Below, in pieces: positions 11,066 to 23,173 of a DNA stretch of 64,000 bases. The stretch lies in NCBI RefSeq assembly GCF_963921235.1, contig NC_086118.1, forward strand, positions 19,222,001 through 19,286,000. Direction: 5' to 3'. The notes beneath the pieces were generated by a model that ran no database searches, was not told the DNA's origin, and worked only from the letters and a program-made list of their open reading frames with translations. Origin of the DNA: Mobula hypostoma. Its lineage: Eukaryota. Made by a program: the position numbers and the translations under genes. Positions within the stretch are counted from its first letter, which is position 1; each line of letters begins with the position of its first letter.

Positions 11066-12345
11066 TTATAGAGTCATAGAGCACTACGGAAAGGAAAGTG
11101 ACTCTTTGGCCCATTGGCTCCATGCCAGCCCGGTCTACTGCCTAGTTCCATCTACCTGCTCACAGACAAAAGCCTTTCATACCTCTCTCATCCAAACTTC
11201 TCTTCAATGTTACAACTGAACTCACATCTCCCACTTCCTCTGACAACTCATTCCACACTCAAAGTTCAAAGTTCAAAGTAAATTTATTATCAAAGTACAT
11301 ATATGTCACCATATACAACCCTGAGATTCATTTTCTTGCAGGCATACTCAATAAATCCATAACAGAATAATAACCATAATAGAATCAATGAAAAACTACA
11401 CTAACTTGGGCTTTCAACCAGTGTGCAAAAGACAACACTTACTGAAGTACAAACAACAGGAATTCTGCAGATGGTGGAAATTCAAGCAACACACTTAAAA
11501 GTTGCTGGTGAATGCAGCAGGCCAGGCAGCATCTCTAGGAAGATGTACAGTCGATGTTTCAGGCCGAGACCCTTCGTCAGGATGAAGAGTCTCGGCCTGA
11601 AACGTCGACTGTACCTCTTCCTAGAGATGCTGCCTGGCCTGCTGTGTTCACCAGCAACTTACTGAAGTACACCGCATAATAGGTCCTTCCAAGTCACATT
11701 GCCCAGCAACTCCCAATTTAACCCTAGCCTAATCACAGGACGATTTGCAATGATCAATTAACTTACCAACTGGTACATCTTTGGACTGTGGGGGAAAACC
11801 GAATCACCAAACAGCAAATAAAAAAAGAAAGAAATAATAATCAAAAATAAATAAGCAATAAACATAGAGAACATGAGATGAAGAGTCCTTGAAAGAGAGT
11901 CCATAATTTGTGGAAATATTTCAGTAATGTAGTGAAGTTGAGTGGGAGGGTAATAACTATTCTGAACCTGGTGGTGTGAACCTGAGGCTCCTGTACAATC
12001 TTCCTGATGGCATCAGCAAGAAGGGAACATTCCTGGGTAGTGGGAATCCCTGATGATAGATGACTGGATTATGCTTTCCTACGACAATACTTCATATAGA
12101 TGTGCTCAATGGTGGAGAGGGTTTTACCTAAGATGAACTAGGCCATATCAATGAGCTTTTATCGCACCATCTTCTGAGCAAGAAGTGCCCTTTCAGATTT
12201 CCACTTAAATATTTCACTTTTCATCCTAAACCCATGACTTCCAGTTTTAGTCTCATCCAACCTGAGGGGAAAAGCTTTCAGGTATTTACTCTATCTTTAT
12301 CCCTTATAATTTAGTATACTTCTATCATATCTCCTCTTATTTTCC
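11066..12345 (-). mobile_element. CR1 3' fragment split by a Rex/Babar-like 3' fragment (about 11262-12160), itself interrupted by a V-SINE piece and a PLE palindrome
   Basis: CR1 tail ATAGAGTCATAGAG at 11068 resumes near 12160. AAAGTTCAAAGTTCAAAGTAAATTTATT is the LINE tail at 11261. V-domain reverse complement TCTTTGGACTGTGGG near 11778. Confidence 0.65.
11452..11660. mobile_element. Miniature head-to-head PLE 3'-end palindrome
   Basis: 80-bp arms 11499-11578 and 11581-11660 with a 2-nt spacer at the hammerhead core; direct repeat ACTTACTGAAGTACA at 11437-11451 and 11657-11671. Confidence 0.88.
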
Positions 12346-12999
12346 TGATGACAGAATTCTGGGAGTACTGTAGGATTGGAGAGAATTATAAGTAAAGTTT
12401 ACATTAGAGATCAGGACAGCAGTATATGAGTTTCATGGGCAAGATGGAAATAGCAGAGGGAAATCACTGGATAAGATATGGGTTAGAGGAGAAAATCTCA
12501 AGGCATCTTGGACAGAATGATCAAAATGAAAGAAAGGAAATAGCAAAGAAATTTGAACACGTGGTTTCAGGCCTGGTGACAAAATAGTCCGTGTTCTTGC
12601 AGTTGGAGATTTTGTTGAAGATGCCATTAAAGAATACTTTGGACACAAGTTAAATGGGACATATCAGGATACGTTCTTCCTCAATTAAGCTGCTGCCCAA
12701 TTAGCTGAAGTTTCACATTACATATTTAAATGAAATACAGAGCAAGTTAGATTACTACCAATACTACATTGGTACTAAGATAATGTGCATTACTTCTTAA
12801 TAGTTATCGATGGAGAGATGAATTCAGTGTATGATTTCATGTTCTTTTGGTTGACTGCAGGTGAACAAAATCAGCACAGATGATGGACTGCCTTCATACA
12901 ATGCTTTCAATGATGCCTTGGCCAGCAAGAACCACAATCTACAAATCAGCGAACAGGAATGAGGCAAGGGTCGTGGAAACAGACAAAATTAAAGTCTTA

Positions 13000-13160
13000 A
13001 ACAAGAGAAAATATCAGATGCTGGAAATCCAAGCAACACATACAAAATGCTGGAGGAACTCAGCAGGCCAGGCAGCAACTATGGAAAAAAGTACAGTTAA
13101 CGTTTTGGGCCGAGACCCTTTGGCAGGACTGGAGAAAAGAAGATGAGAAGTAGAACAGAA
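13000..13160 (-). mobile_element. PLE 3'-terminal fragment
   Basis: Same terminus and a degenerate hammerhead region as other copies. Confidence 0.7.
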
Positions 13161-14932
13161 GTTTTTGTTTTTGCCAAAACAGCTTCTGAATTGTCTTACT
13201 GCTTATTTCTCACCAACTATCAATGACAAAAAAAATCACTACTTTTTGAACACAAAGACATCCAACTGAGCTATTTAAAAACTTTTTGCTTTTTGCTCTA
13301 AGCATGGTGCAGACTCTACCAGTCACTTGCTACTCATCTTAATGCTATTAGGTATTTTGGGTTCAAATTCAAAACATGAGGATATTATATTAGCTGAAGC
13401 AACTACTGTTACAGCAACTGCAAGGCACCTTGCCCTTGATACTTTGGGCTGGAATCCATTCCTTGCTTGCTCTGGTTTATTTCTGGTGCCTTCAGTTGTC
13501 CACAACTATGTTTTGAAAGAGAAGAGCAAGAATGCCAATGAGGACCATGCAGTGGGTTTTGGGCCGGTGATCATTATAGTTGAATGAGCGTGTATAGATT
13601 GTGAGAAATCTATATGAGGCTAGCAACAATCAATGTGATGATGTATTCAAATCTTCAGAACTTCTAGTGATAACAATGAAGACTATGTACTCCTATTCCC
13701 TTCTGAGCATGTCCCGGAACTCTGTATATAGAAGACTCCTCTCCTACTCAACATCTCCTCCTCTAATGCCTTCAGTGTAGCAACCAAATTGCAGACAAGC
13801 TATTCTATCCCATAAAGCACTATTCTCTGCTGCTCTCCTGATCAGATTAAACTGTTCAAGCCACAAAGCCGTTCATCTTTTGATCATGCTGCAGAGTTCT
13901 AACTAGTTCAGACCATCCACAATAAAGAACTGCTGATAAGTCATCCAGCTATCCAACAGAAGCTGAAATCATGATGATAAGCAGCCAGCAAAAGGCTTGC
14001 TTTGCAAATGCTGGGTGTGGATTCATTGATGAGAGAGTAGGGATGAGAGCTGGGTTAGAGATGGAAAGGGGAAGGAAGATGGAGAATTGTGGCACAATGT
14101 GGCATAGAGAGTTAACATTTTGCTTCACGGAGTGGAAGGAGGTGCCTTCAATGTCTCAGAGAAAGTTCTTAATTCCAACCAGAATGAGATCCTCACCACC
14201 TCAGGTGCCACAAGTTCTCACTTCCGTATGAGGCACCACACTTGATCTGGCATAGAAAAGAGCAAAATTCATTCAGAAGCCCACAAAACCCAAGACTACC
14301 CTAGCTTTACCACTCACTACATCCTTTGGACATGAGTATATGAAATGTTCCATAGAAGCTCTCTCTTATCATTAACTCCCAACTTGACCTTTCATAATGA
14401 TGTCTCTCTCCTGAAGCATCCATGTTAGACTCAGGTGTGATATTGGCTGTTGAGATAACACCTATCCTGACTGGTTGCTGATTATTATTTTGTTGAAAGT
14501 TTCTCTTTATAAGCAGCTACTCGATTTCTTAATAAGTTTCTTGGTTACCTCAAGTTGAAGAAGCCCCATGAATTAGTTTGATGCTTCTCTCATATATCTG
14601 CTTTTTAAGTAGCTCTGCTTTGATTTGTTGCTTTTTTAATGAACTGTAATCCTCATAATGTTTGGTAGGATGCTAATGAGATTAGTTAAATATCAGATAA
14701 TTACAAGTATTCGTACTGATAAAAATAAAGTATCCACTCATCTGGCTTAATAAACTTCCTTTGTCTATTTAAGTGAATGCTTTACTTGTATGTAGTAGAC
14801 CAGTGCTTTCCTATTTGCTATTTGTATTCTTTCCTTTCTTGTGTACTAAGGAATTATTGAACAAATTGTTATGCTACATTCTCTTTTCGTAAAGCTCTTA
14901 GCTCCCCTTCATGATGATATCTGTGGGAAGCA

Positions 14933-15842
14933 AATTATAAACACGAGAATGTTTGCAGATGCTGGAAGTCCAAAGCCACACACACAAAATGCTGGAGGAA
15001 CTCAGCAGGCCAGGCAGCATTTACGGAAATGAATAAAGAGTTGATGTTTTGGACTCCCCTCCCCCACTGTCTCCACTTCCTGCAGGGATTGCTTCCTCAG
15101 TAATTCATTTGTCTATTCATCCCTCCACACTAATCTCCCTCCTGGCACTTATCCCTGAAAGCAGCCTGAGTTCTACACCTGCCTATTCACCTCCATTCAG
15201 GGTCCCAAACAGCCCTTCCAGTGAAGGAACATTTCCTCGGTAAATCTGCTGGGGTCGTCATTTGTATCCGATGCTCTCGACGCAGCCTCCTCCACATTGG
15301 TGAGACCCGTTACAAACTGGGGGACTGCTACATCTAGCACTTCCACTCCATCCACCAAACTTCCCAGTGTCCAAACATTTTAATTCCGATTCCCTTTCCA
15401 GTTCCAACATGTCAGTCCAAGGCCTTCTCCTGTGCCAAGATCAGGTCACCCTCAGGGTGGAATAAGCAACACCTGGGTTGCCTCAAACGGATTTCTCCTT
15501 CCAGTTTAAAAAAAAAATTCCTCCCCCTCCCCTCTTCATCTATTCCCCAATCTGGCCTCGTACCCCTTCTCACCTACCTATCACTTCCTTCTGGGTCCCC
15601 TCCTCCTGCCCTTTCTTCTATGGCCCACTCTCCTCTCCTATCAGGTTCTTTCTTCTCAAGCCCTTGTCCCTTCCCACCCACCTGGCTTCACCTGTCACCT
15701 TGTAGCTATCCACCTTCCCCTCCTTCCACCTTTTAATTCTGGTGCCTTCCCCCTTCCTTTTCAGTCCTGAAGAAAGATCTCTGCCCGAAACATCAGCTGA
15801 TACCACTTGACCTGCTGAGTTCTTCCAACATTTTCTGTGAGT
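14933..15842. mobile_element. Asymmetric head-to-head PLE insertion (short minus arm about 14939-15051, long plus arm about 15052-15842)
   Basis: TSD TCTGTGGGAAGCA at 14920-14932 and 15843-15855. The long arm has a decayed GIY-YIG region and hammerhead core CTGAAGA...GAAACATC at 15763-15798. Confidence 0.82.
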
Positions 15843-16154
15843 TCTGTGGGAAGCACCATAGGATCTGCAGCTCATGAAGTGGTTATTCAGCGTAGCTGAC
15901 CTATGCTTCATTTTGTACTCCATGCAGATCTTCTTTGAATCATCTTTCTCTCACACTTCAAGATATCCTACTTCTTTCTCCATCATTGTTTATCCAGGTT
16001 TTGCTCAGATGTGGTGGGGAGTTTCACATCCCAACTACTCTCCAAAGGAAGAAATTCTTCCCAAAGTGCTAGAAAATTATTCATTCCTGACTATGACTTA
16101 TTTGAAGTTTGGAGATTCAGGCCACCTATTGCTGATAATCACAGGTTATGTTGT

Positions 16155-16515
16155 TTAAGATGACCTGGGAGACCTGGGGCTTACGGGATTCCTTGTGAAT
16201 GCACAGCAGTGTATATTGGCGAGGCAAGTTGCATTGTGGAAAGCTGTATCAAGGAATACAGGAGGTGTATCCATTTGGGTTACCCAGAGCAATCGGCGGT
16301 AGCATTCACAATGATCTTCGGAATGACTTTGATGGCACAAAGCTATTGTGCTGCACCCATGGCTTTTGGGACTGTCTGGTGAAGGAAGCCTCTGAAATAA
16401 AACTGGAGGAAAAGAATTTTAACAAAGAAGAAGGTTTTGTTCTGTAAGAACTGGAATTTGATTGCAAACAAGGTGGGACAGAAGAAACCTGATTGGATGA
16501 GAACTAACCAATCAG
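16155..16515 (+). mobile_element. Second PLE family (Poseidon/Penelope-type) GIY-YIG fragment
   Basis: Translates GAYGIPCECTAVYIGE and later CLVKEASEIKLEEKNFNKEEGF. Confidence 0.65.
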
Positions 16516-16731
16516 GACTCTTTGACAATGTCCGAGGTGAAGATTGCCTTTTGACTTACCATTTATGCTTAATTTTTCCTTTCAAAGTCCACATGGTTTC
16601 TCAGCAAGCATCAATGTTGCAGTAACAGCAGTAAACATGTGATGCACACTAATTAATGTTAGTGTGCATCTGTTTGTCTTCCGAGCTTCAATACATTACT
16701 GCTCAATAGAATGCCCAGACCAAAATCAACA

Positions 16732-17042
16732 GGCCAGCATGGTAGTGTAAGTGGTTTGCACATTGCTTTACAGTACAGGTGACCCAATTTCAATACACCA
16801 CTGCCTGTAAGGAGTTTGCACGTTCTCCCTGTGACAGCGTGGGTTTCCTCTGGGTGCCCGGTTTTCCCCCCACAGTCCAAAGATGTACCCGTCGGTAGAT
16901 TAAATGGTCATGGTAATTTGTCGCGTGATTAGGCTTGTGTTAAATTGGGGGATTGCTGGGTGGTGTAGCTCGAAGGGCCTACTACTACTAGGTCGACTCA
17001 GGCCTAGGGGGCCGTAAGGGCCTATTCTGCACTGTATCTGCT
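16732..17042 (+). mobile_element. tRNA-derived V-domain SINE (HE1-like)
   Basis: tRNA-like head followed by GGAGTTTGCACGTTCTCCCTGTGACAGCGTGGGTTTCCTCTGGGTGCCCGGTTTT...CCCACAGTCCAAAGA. Confidence 0.78.
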
Positions 17043-17044
17043 TG

Positions 17045-17632
17045 ATGTGCAATGGAGAGTGTTCCCCCTGCCCCTTCCTGAAATCCATGATCATCTGATT
17101 TGCCTTGACAATGTTGACTCAGGTTGTTGACAAGCCTCTCCAGCCTCCTCTCTGTGTGCCAGCTCATCATTGTTGCTGGTGTGGCCAACCACTATTGAAT
17201 CATCAGCGAACTTGATGATGCTGATTCAGCTGTCAGCAGTGTGAACAACAGCAGGCTGAGCACACAGCCCTAGGGAGCATCAGCACTCAGTGTGAAGCAG
17301 CTTGAGATGACGTTGCCAACTTGGACTGAGAGAGTTCTTTCCATCAGGAAATCCAAAATCAAGTTACATAGAAGGGTGTTGAGTGCCAATAATGGCAGCT
17401 TACCCACCAGCTTCTGGGTGATAATCATGTTAAATGCTGAAATGAAGTTAATCCTGGTGCATGACGCATTATTTTCCAAGTGTGATGTGATAGAGCAGGG
17501 AGCCAAGGCGATGGCATTATCAGTGGATCAGTTTGAGTGATAGGCAAACTGGAAAGGGTCCAATATAGTTGGACGGTGTCCTTTAAGACCTCTGTTAGCT
17601 GGGCCACACAGTCCCTCAGCACCTGACACAAC
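17045..17632 (-). mobile_element. Rex/Babar-like LINE RT fragment, decayed
   Basis: Minus strand encodes VLRDCVAQL, FISAFNMI, ILDFL, KFADD and IMDFRK. Confidence 0.75.
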
Positions 17633-17979
17633 ATTTAATCTACACATCATTCACCATGCCTAAATTTAAGGCTACCTCTCACAAAAGTACAATTGATTAC
17701 ATTCAGATGATCTTCTGTTTACAGGAAATATATTTGCCTAATATTTTGTTTTTCCTTTTTTTAAAATCATTGTGCCATATGACATCACTGGCTGAGAAAT
17801 GAGAGAGGAGGGGTTTATATCTAGCGCTATCAGTTATGGCCATATCAGTAATACTGTGGCATTTGGCGATCAGTACCTCCACTCTCCTTGTTGAACTTTG
17901 TTTTACACCTTTTCTATTTAATTTGTTTTGTTTTTATAATATGGGATCCAGAATTTTGTTAAAGTGCATCCTATCATGA

Positions 17980-18328
17980 GCCTCAGGACTCACACCACCA
18001 GGTTCAAGAACAGATACTACACCTCAACCATCAGGCTCTCGAACAAAAGAAGAGAACTGCAGTCACTTGCACATCCATTCCGATATTCGCACAACCAATG
18101 ATCTCACTTTAAGAGCTCTTTATCTCATTATCTCATCTTCTTGTTATTTATTGCTATTTATTCATATTTGCATTTGCACAGTTTGAGATCTTCTGCCATC
18201 AGATTGATCTTTCACTGATCCTGTCTTAGTTACTGTTCTATAGATTTGCTGAGTATGCCTGAGGAAAATGGAAATGAATCTCAGGGTTGTACATGGCGAT
18301 ATATTTGTACTTTGATAATAAATTTACT
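17980..18328 (+). mobile_element. Rex/Babar-like LINE 3' end
   Basis: AGCCTCAGGACTCACACCACCAGGTTCAAGAACAG...GATAATAAATTTACTT; homologous to 22725-23070. Confidence 0.65.
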
Positions 18329-18695
18329 TATATATTAGAATCCTGATGTAGTATGTCTTTTTATGTACCTGTAGATAGCCCGTGTCAAACAAGGATCACA
18401 AGATTCTTTTCCTCTCTCACTTTACTCTTTTAATTTTTATTTTATTTTGCAGCTGAGATGAGCATATGCAACCAATCTGCACAGTCCGATAATTTCCTGA
18501 ATAATTTCATTTAGCGTGCTAGTTTCAGATTAGGATGTTGTATTTTTTCTGCTTGTTGTATGAAGTTCTGGAGCCAGACCGTTCTTCTGCTCACCCTTGG
18601 TAGCCACACTGTAGCAGCACCTTCTGCAGCCCATATCCCTCTCGTTTCTAGGCCTCTCTGCCCTGTAGAACAGAGTAGTCATCATGGGCCAATTG

Positions 18696-18900
18696 TGTTA
18701 AGTTTTGTAACTTCAGACGCATCAAATTAATTCAAATGAAGATGCGGGGAGTCCGAAATACAGGTGTAGTCAAGTTTACTTTAAGCGAGTGATAGCATGA
18801 GCAATTAACATTTTTTACTTCATTAATTATTTAAACAAAAAAGGCTTAAACAATTTATACAAGATTACTCAAATATTATTGAAATATCAAATACACAACA
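18696..18900 (-). repeat. Probable solo LTR related to the LTR at 53326-53560
   Basis: TG...CA ends. The reverse complement TGTTGTGTATTTGATATTTCAATAATATT and GTTACAAAACTTAACA resemble both ends of 53326-53560. No clean TSD. Confidence 0.5.
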
Positions 18901-20914
18901 AGCTGCTCCCCCACTGGTACACCCTGAAGCTCTGTCCCAGGACCTCCTTGATGGCGATTTGTCAGTTAGCTGCTGTCAAAGCCACTGATCTCCTTTTAAG
19001 TCTTCATGGCCCATGACATTTTAAACTCAGACTGAATAAGTGCCTTTAACAAATTACTGCTCTGCCCTTTAGCAGCTGAGTGTTTTCATGATGTCAGAAA
19101 GCAAATGTCAATAACTAAGTCATTCCGTTCCTGGCTCTTAGTCGCTGGCAAGTCTTGTTTGATTGAAAGCATTCAGCAACTGCAGGGCAGAACCTGAAGG
19201 CTGATTGCTCAGAAGTTGCAGGTATCATTAATTGCACTGATAACTTGCAATTTCTGATCCTGACAAAAAGGTAGTCCCCGGAAGTCAATAGAGAAATCAC
19301 ACGCTCTTGTCCCCTGATGCTTGTTTTAGTAGAGAATTCAGTGAGAGATAACTGCTTAGGGATATACATCCAGGTTTCCTTTCAATTTCTGTAGAACCTG
19401 CCAACCCTTGATGGTGTCTCCACACATGAAGCAAGAAAGTGAATATTATCTCAAAAGTCAGTCTCTACTAATTCAAAAGCCTATTTTTTTAATAGAAAAT
19501 AATTGATCCCTTGAAGGCATTACAAGGTAGTAATCTCATTAAGGATGTGGGTAACATTATAAACCATGACAGCAGTGCTCAAGAGATTTGTAAAAGTTGC
19601 CTGATCCCCTGTGATGAGATTGAATCCTTGAAATAACACCTGTGTCTTTAATATCTTCAATGCTTCGAACTTTTAAGGGAGATTCGGATATAATTTTGCT
19701 GCAACTGCATGTGACTATTGGGTGTCAGTACCGATGTCAACAGCCACTTCACTTCGACTTGCTGATGTGCACAACCATATTAATGATGGCGATAAAATAA
19801 CTGGAAGTGTAGATTTTGTCCCATTAATTTTCACCCAAAGGGTCACAGGGCTAAGACAAAATCGCTGAATCTTGTAGACCTAGTTGATCTTCGATTTAAT
19901 AAGGGCAGATCTGGCACTTGTTTGTTGGGAGGAAGCTGAAACTTTAGAGTTGGCCTGGACACCTCGAATATAGAGGAAGAAGGTTGATACTAGCAGTAAA
20001 ATTATTTCCTGCAGGAGGTTTGTGCACACATTAAGTGAGGGTAGGGGCAGACTCATTTGTGGTGGATGTTCAGTAAAGCAGCCTTCAGATGTACACTGTC
20101 TATGTTCATTCACAAAGGATGTTTGCGAAGCGAACAGAGCCAGGAGGCAATAAATGCTCCTCAAACTATAACTGGTCCACAAGATAGATAGGAAGTAAAT
20201 TTGTTTCCAGAAAGGAAGATAAATTATCAAGTTCATATTGAGAAACCATTGCAACATCAGATGAGGAGGTCAGTTTTCTGATCTTTGTACATAACTAATT
20301 ACTGTGAATGCTGAACCAAGCATTGAACCAGGGAAAATACAGCTTCAACATAAGGACTGACCATCCTTCAAAAATTTCTTCACCCAAATGTTAGTGAGTC
20401 TGCAGTTTTCTCCATGCAAGAAAACCATAGATATAGAGATTACAAAACTAAAACCAAATGGCATGGGCCAATATGCCAGGGTATTTGATTTTCGGGCTGG
20501 TTATAAAAAGAAGATAGGGTATTGTTTAGTATCATAGTGTTAGCCAGTTTCAAGCCTGACCCCGTTAATATTATATTCCTCTGATTCAAAATGGCAAACC
20601 TATGCCCACCTCTGCTGTACTCTCATGCTACACAAATTGAGACCTGCATAGGTCCAGATCTTCATATGGACTGAGATCTGAATTCAAGTTCTGAGGATCA
20701 TACAGGGTTTGCTATGGTATTTGGGATTTGGTCTAGGTATCCCTAACCTCTAATCATGGTTTGTAGAAACCTAAAGTCAGGCCCAGCAGCAAGTTTATTC
20801 CTGGGATCAGGCAGAGATTCAGGGCTGTTGAAACCTATCTCTTGTCATCAGTCACAATGTACACAATGCTTCACCTGGTTGCTGTTTCTAAGCTGTCTAT
20901 AGACTACTAATAGG

Positions 20915-21195
20915 GGTGCCACAGTAACGTAATGGTTAGCATGACATTCTCACACCGCAGGGCACTGGAGTTCAAAGTTCAATTCCAGCATCATCTGTAA
21001 GGAGCGTGTACGTTTTCTCCGTGACTCCTCTGGTTTCCTCCCACAGTCCAAAAACAAATCGGTTAGTAGGTTAAATGGTCATTGTAAATTGTCCTGTGAT
21101 TAGGCTAGGGTTAAATAGGTAGTTTACTGGGCGATGCAGCTAACTGGGTCTGAGAAGCTTGTTCTGCATTGCATCTCAAAATAAAAATAAGTAAA
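20915..21195 (+). mobile_element. tRNA-derived V-domain SINE
   Basis: A-box/B-box-like head (TAATGGTTAGC; GTTCAATTCC), V-domain and A-rich tail; homologous to 16732-17042. Confidence 0.75.
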
Positions 21196-21679
21196 TAGTG
21201 ACGTCAGTAATGAAGAGTCAGAATGCATAATCAGAAACAGCTAATTTCAATGTTAGTGTGCATCAGTTTATCTTCCGAGCTGTAATGCATTACTGAGGAA
21301 GGAAAAGCTGAAAGTAGGACGTATGACTTAGAAGTAATTGAGAGAATCAGAGTGAGGCATTTTGTTGCTTCGTGCCCACATTCAGACAGACCATCAATGG
21401 TTGATTTTACTTTCTAACTAATACAAAGCAAATAAAATAGACACACTCTGAGATTGGGTTCATTGGCACAAGTACTGGCTTCAACTATTAGTTCTGCAGT
21501 GTTCAGTGTTCCTGCTACTCAGAGTTAATCTCTTGATGCACTTCTAACAATGCTCCAAACTAACCAACAATTTTCTGACATGCTCTATCTACATTATTGA
21601 AAGTAGAATTGTTAACTGGATGCTGTGTAATTGTACCATGCCCTTCAACATGCATTGCTTTTGGAAAAAAAATATATAG

Positions 21680-23173
21680 ACTCAGTGACTACTTTATTAG
21701 GTACACATGTATACCTGTTCAATAATTCAACTATCTAACCAGCCCATCACTCAATGCATAAAAGCAAACAGACATGGTCAAGAGGTTCATTTGTTGTTCG
21801 GACCAAACTTCAGAATAGGGAAGAACTGTGATCTAAGTAACTTTAACCATGGAATGATTGTTGGTGCCAGATGGGGTGGTTTAAGTATCTAAGAAACTGG
21901 TGATCTCCTGGGATTTTCATGCACACTAGTCTCTAGAGTTTAGAGAGAATGGTGCAAAAACAAAAAAAAACAGTGATCAGCAGTACTGTTGGTGAAAACA
22001 CCTTGTTAATGAGAGGGGTCAGAGGAGAATGGCTAAGCTGTTTCAGACTGATGGGAAGCCAACAGTAACTCAAATAACCATGGATTGCAACACTGCTGTA
22101 CAGAGGAGCATCTCTGACTGCATAGCTAAACATCGCTCCAGTGCCACATTCAAGTTTACTGCTGCAGGCCAAATCAAAGGCGGTGATGAATCAGCATATA
22201 GGAGGGAGATAGAAAATCCGGTTGAGTGGTGCCATAACAACAACCTGTTACTCAATTTCAGCAAGACCAAGGAGCTGAATATTGACTGCAGAAGGAGGAA
22301 ACCAGAGGTCATGAGCCAGTCCTCATCTGAGGTGTAAAGGGTCAGCAACTTAAAATTCCTCAGGGTTATTATTTTGGAGTACCTGTCCTGGGCCCAGCAC
22401 ATAATTAGAATTATGAAAAAAGCACAGCAGTGCTCCTACTTCATTACAAGTTTGCAAAGATTCGGCATGATATTTAAAACTTTAATAAACTCCCATAGGT
22501 GGGTAGTGGGCAGTACCTTGACTGGCTGCATAATACTCTGGTATAGAAACACCAATGCCCTTGAATGGACAATCAGCCCAGTCCATCATGGGTAAAGCCC
22601 CCTTCACTATTGAGCACATCTTCATGAAACAGTGTTACAGTAAAACAGCATCCAGCATCAGGGACGCCCAACACACAGGGCACACTCTCTTCTCACTTCT
22701 GCCATCAGCAAGAAGGTACAGAAGACTCAGGACTCACCACCAGGTTCAGGAATGGTTATTACCCCTCAACCATCAGGCTCTTGAACCAAAAGGGATAACT
22801 TCACTCAACTTCACTTCATCATTGAAATGTTCCCACAACCTATGGACTCACTTTCAAGGACTCTTGATCTCATGTTCTTGATATTGCTTGCTTGCTTATT
22901 TACTTACTTCCATAGTTTGTGTCTTTTGCACATTGGTTGGTGTGGTCTTTCACTGATTCTATTACGATTATTATTCTACTACAGATATATTGAGCTTGCC
23001 CACAAGGAAATGAATCTATGGGTAGTATATGGTAACATATATGTGCTTTGATGATAAATTTACCTTGCACTTTGCGTGCATAACACATCAAGTCTTGAAG
23101 TGGATGGGCTGCAGCAGCCGAAGACGATGAACATACAGTGGTCACTTTATTAGATACGGGAGGTACTGAGTGT
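21680..23173 (+). mobile_element. Decayed Tc1-like non-autonomous DNA transposon interrupted by a Rex/Babar-like LINE 3' part (about 22110-23070)
   Basis: ACTCAGTGACTACTTTATTAGGTAC start, DLSNFNHGMIVGARWGGLSI HTH-like peptide, repeat CAGTGGTCACTTTATTAG near 23136 and CTGAGTG end. The LINE part encodes SKTKELNID, KKAQQ and LFSLLPSARRYR. Confidence 0.6.

Noticed and set aside
19115..19369. Possible host exon or small ORF in unique sequence
   Set aside because: No recognisable protein motif and no convincing splice-site pair. The same applies to other short ORFs in 12-14 kb, 23-29 kb and 43-46 kb.
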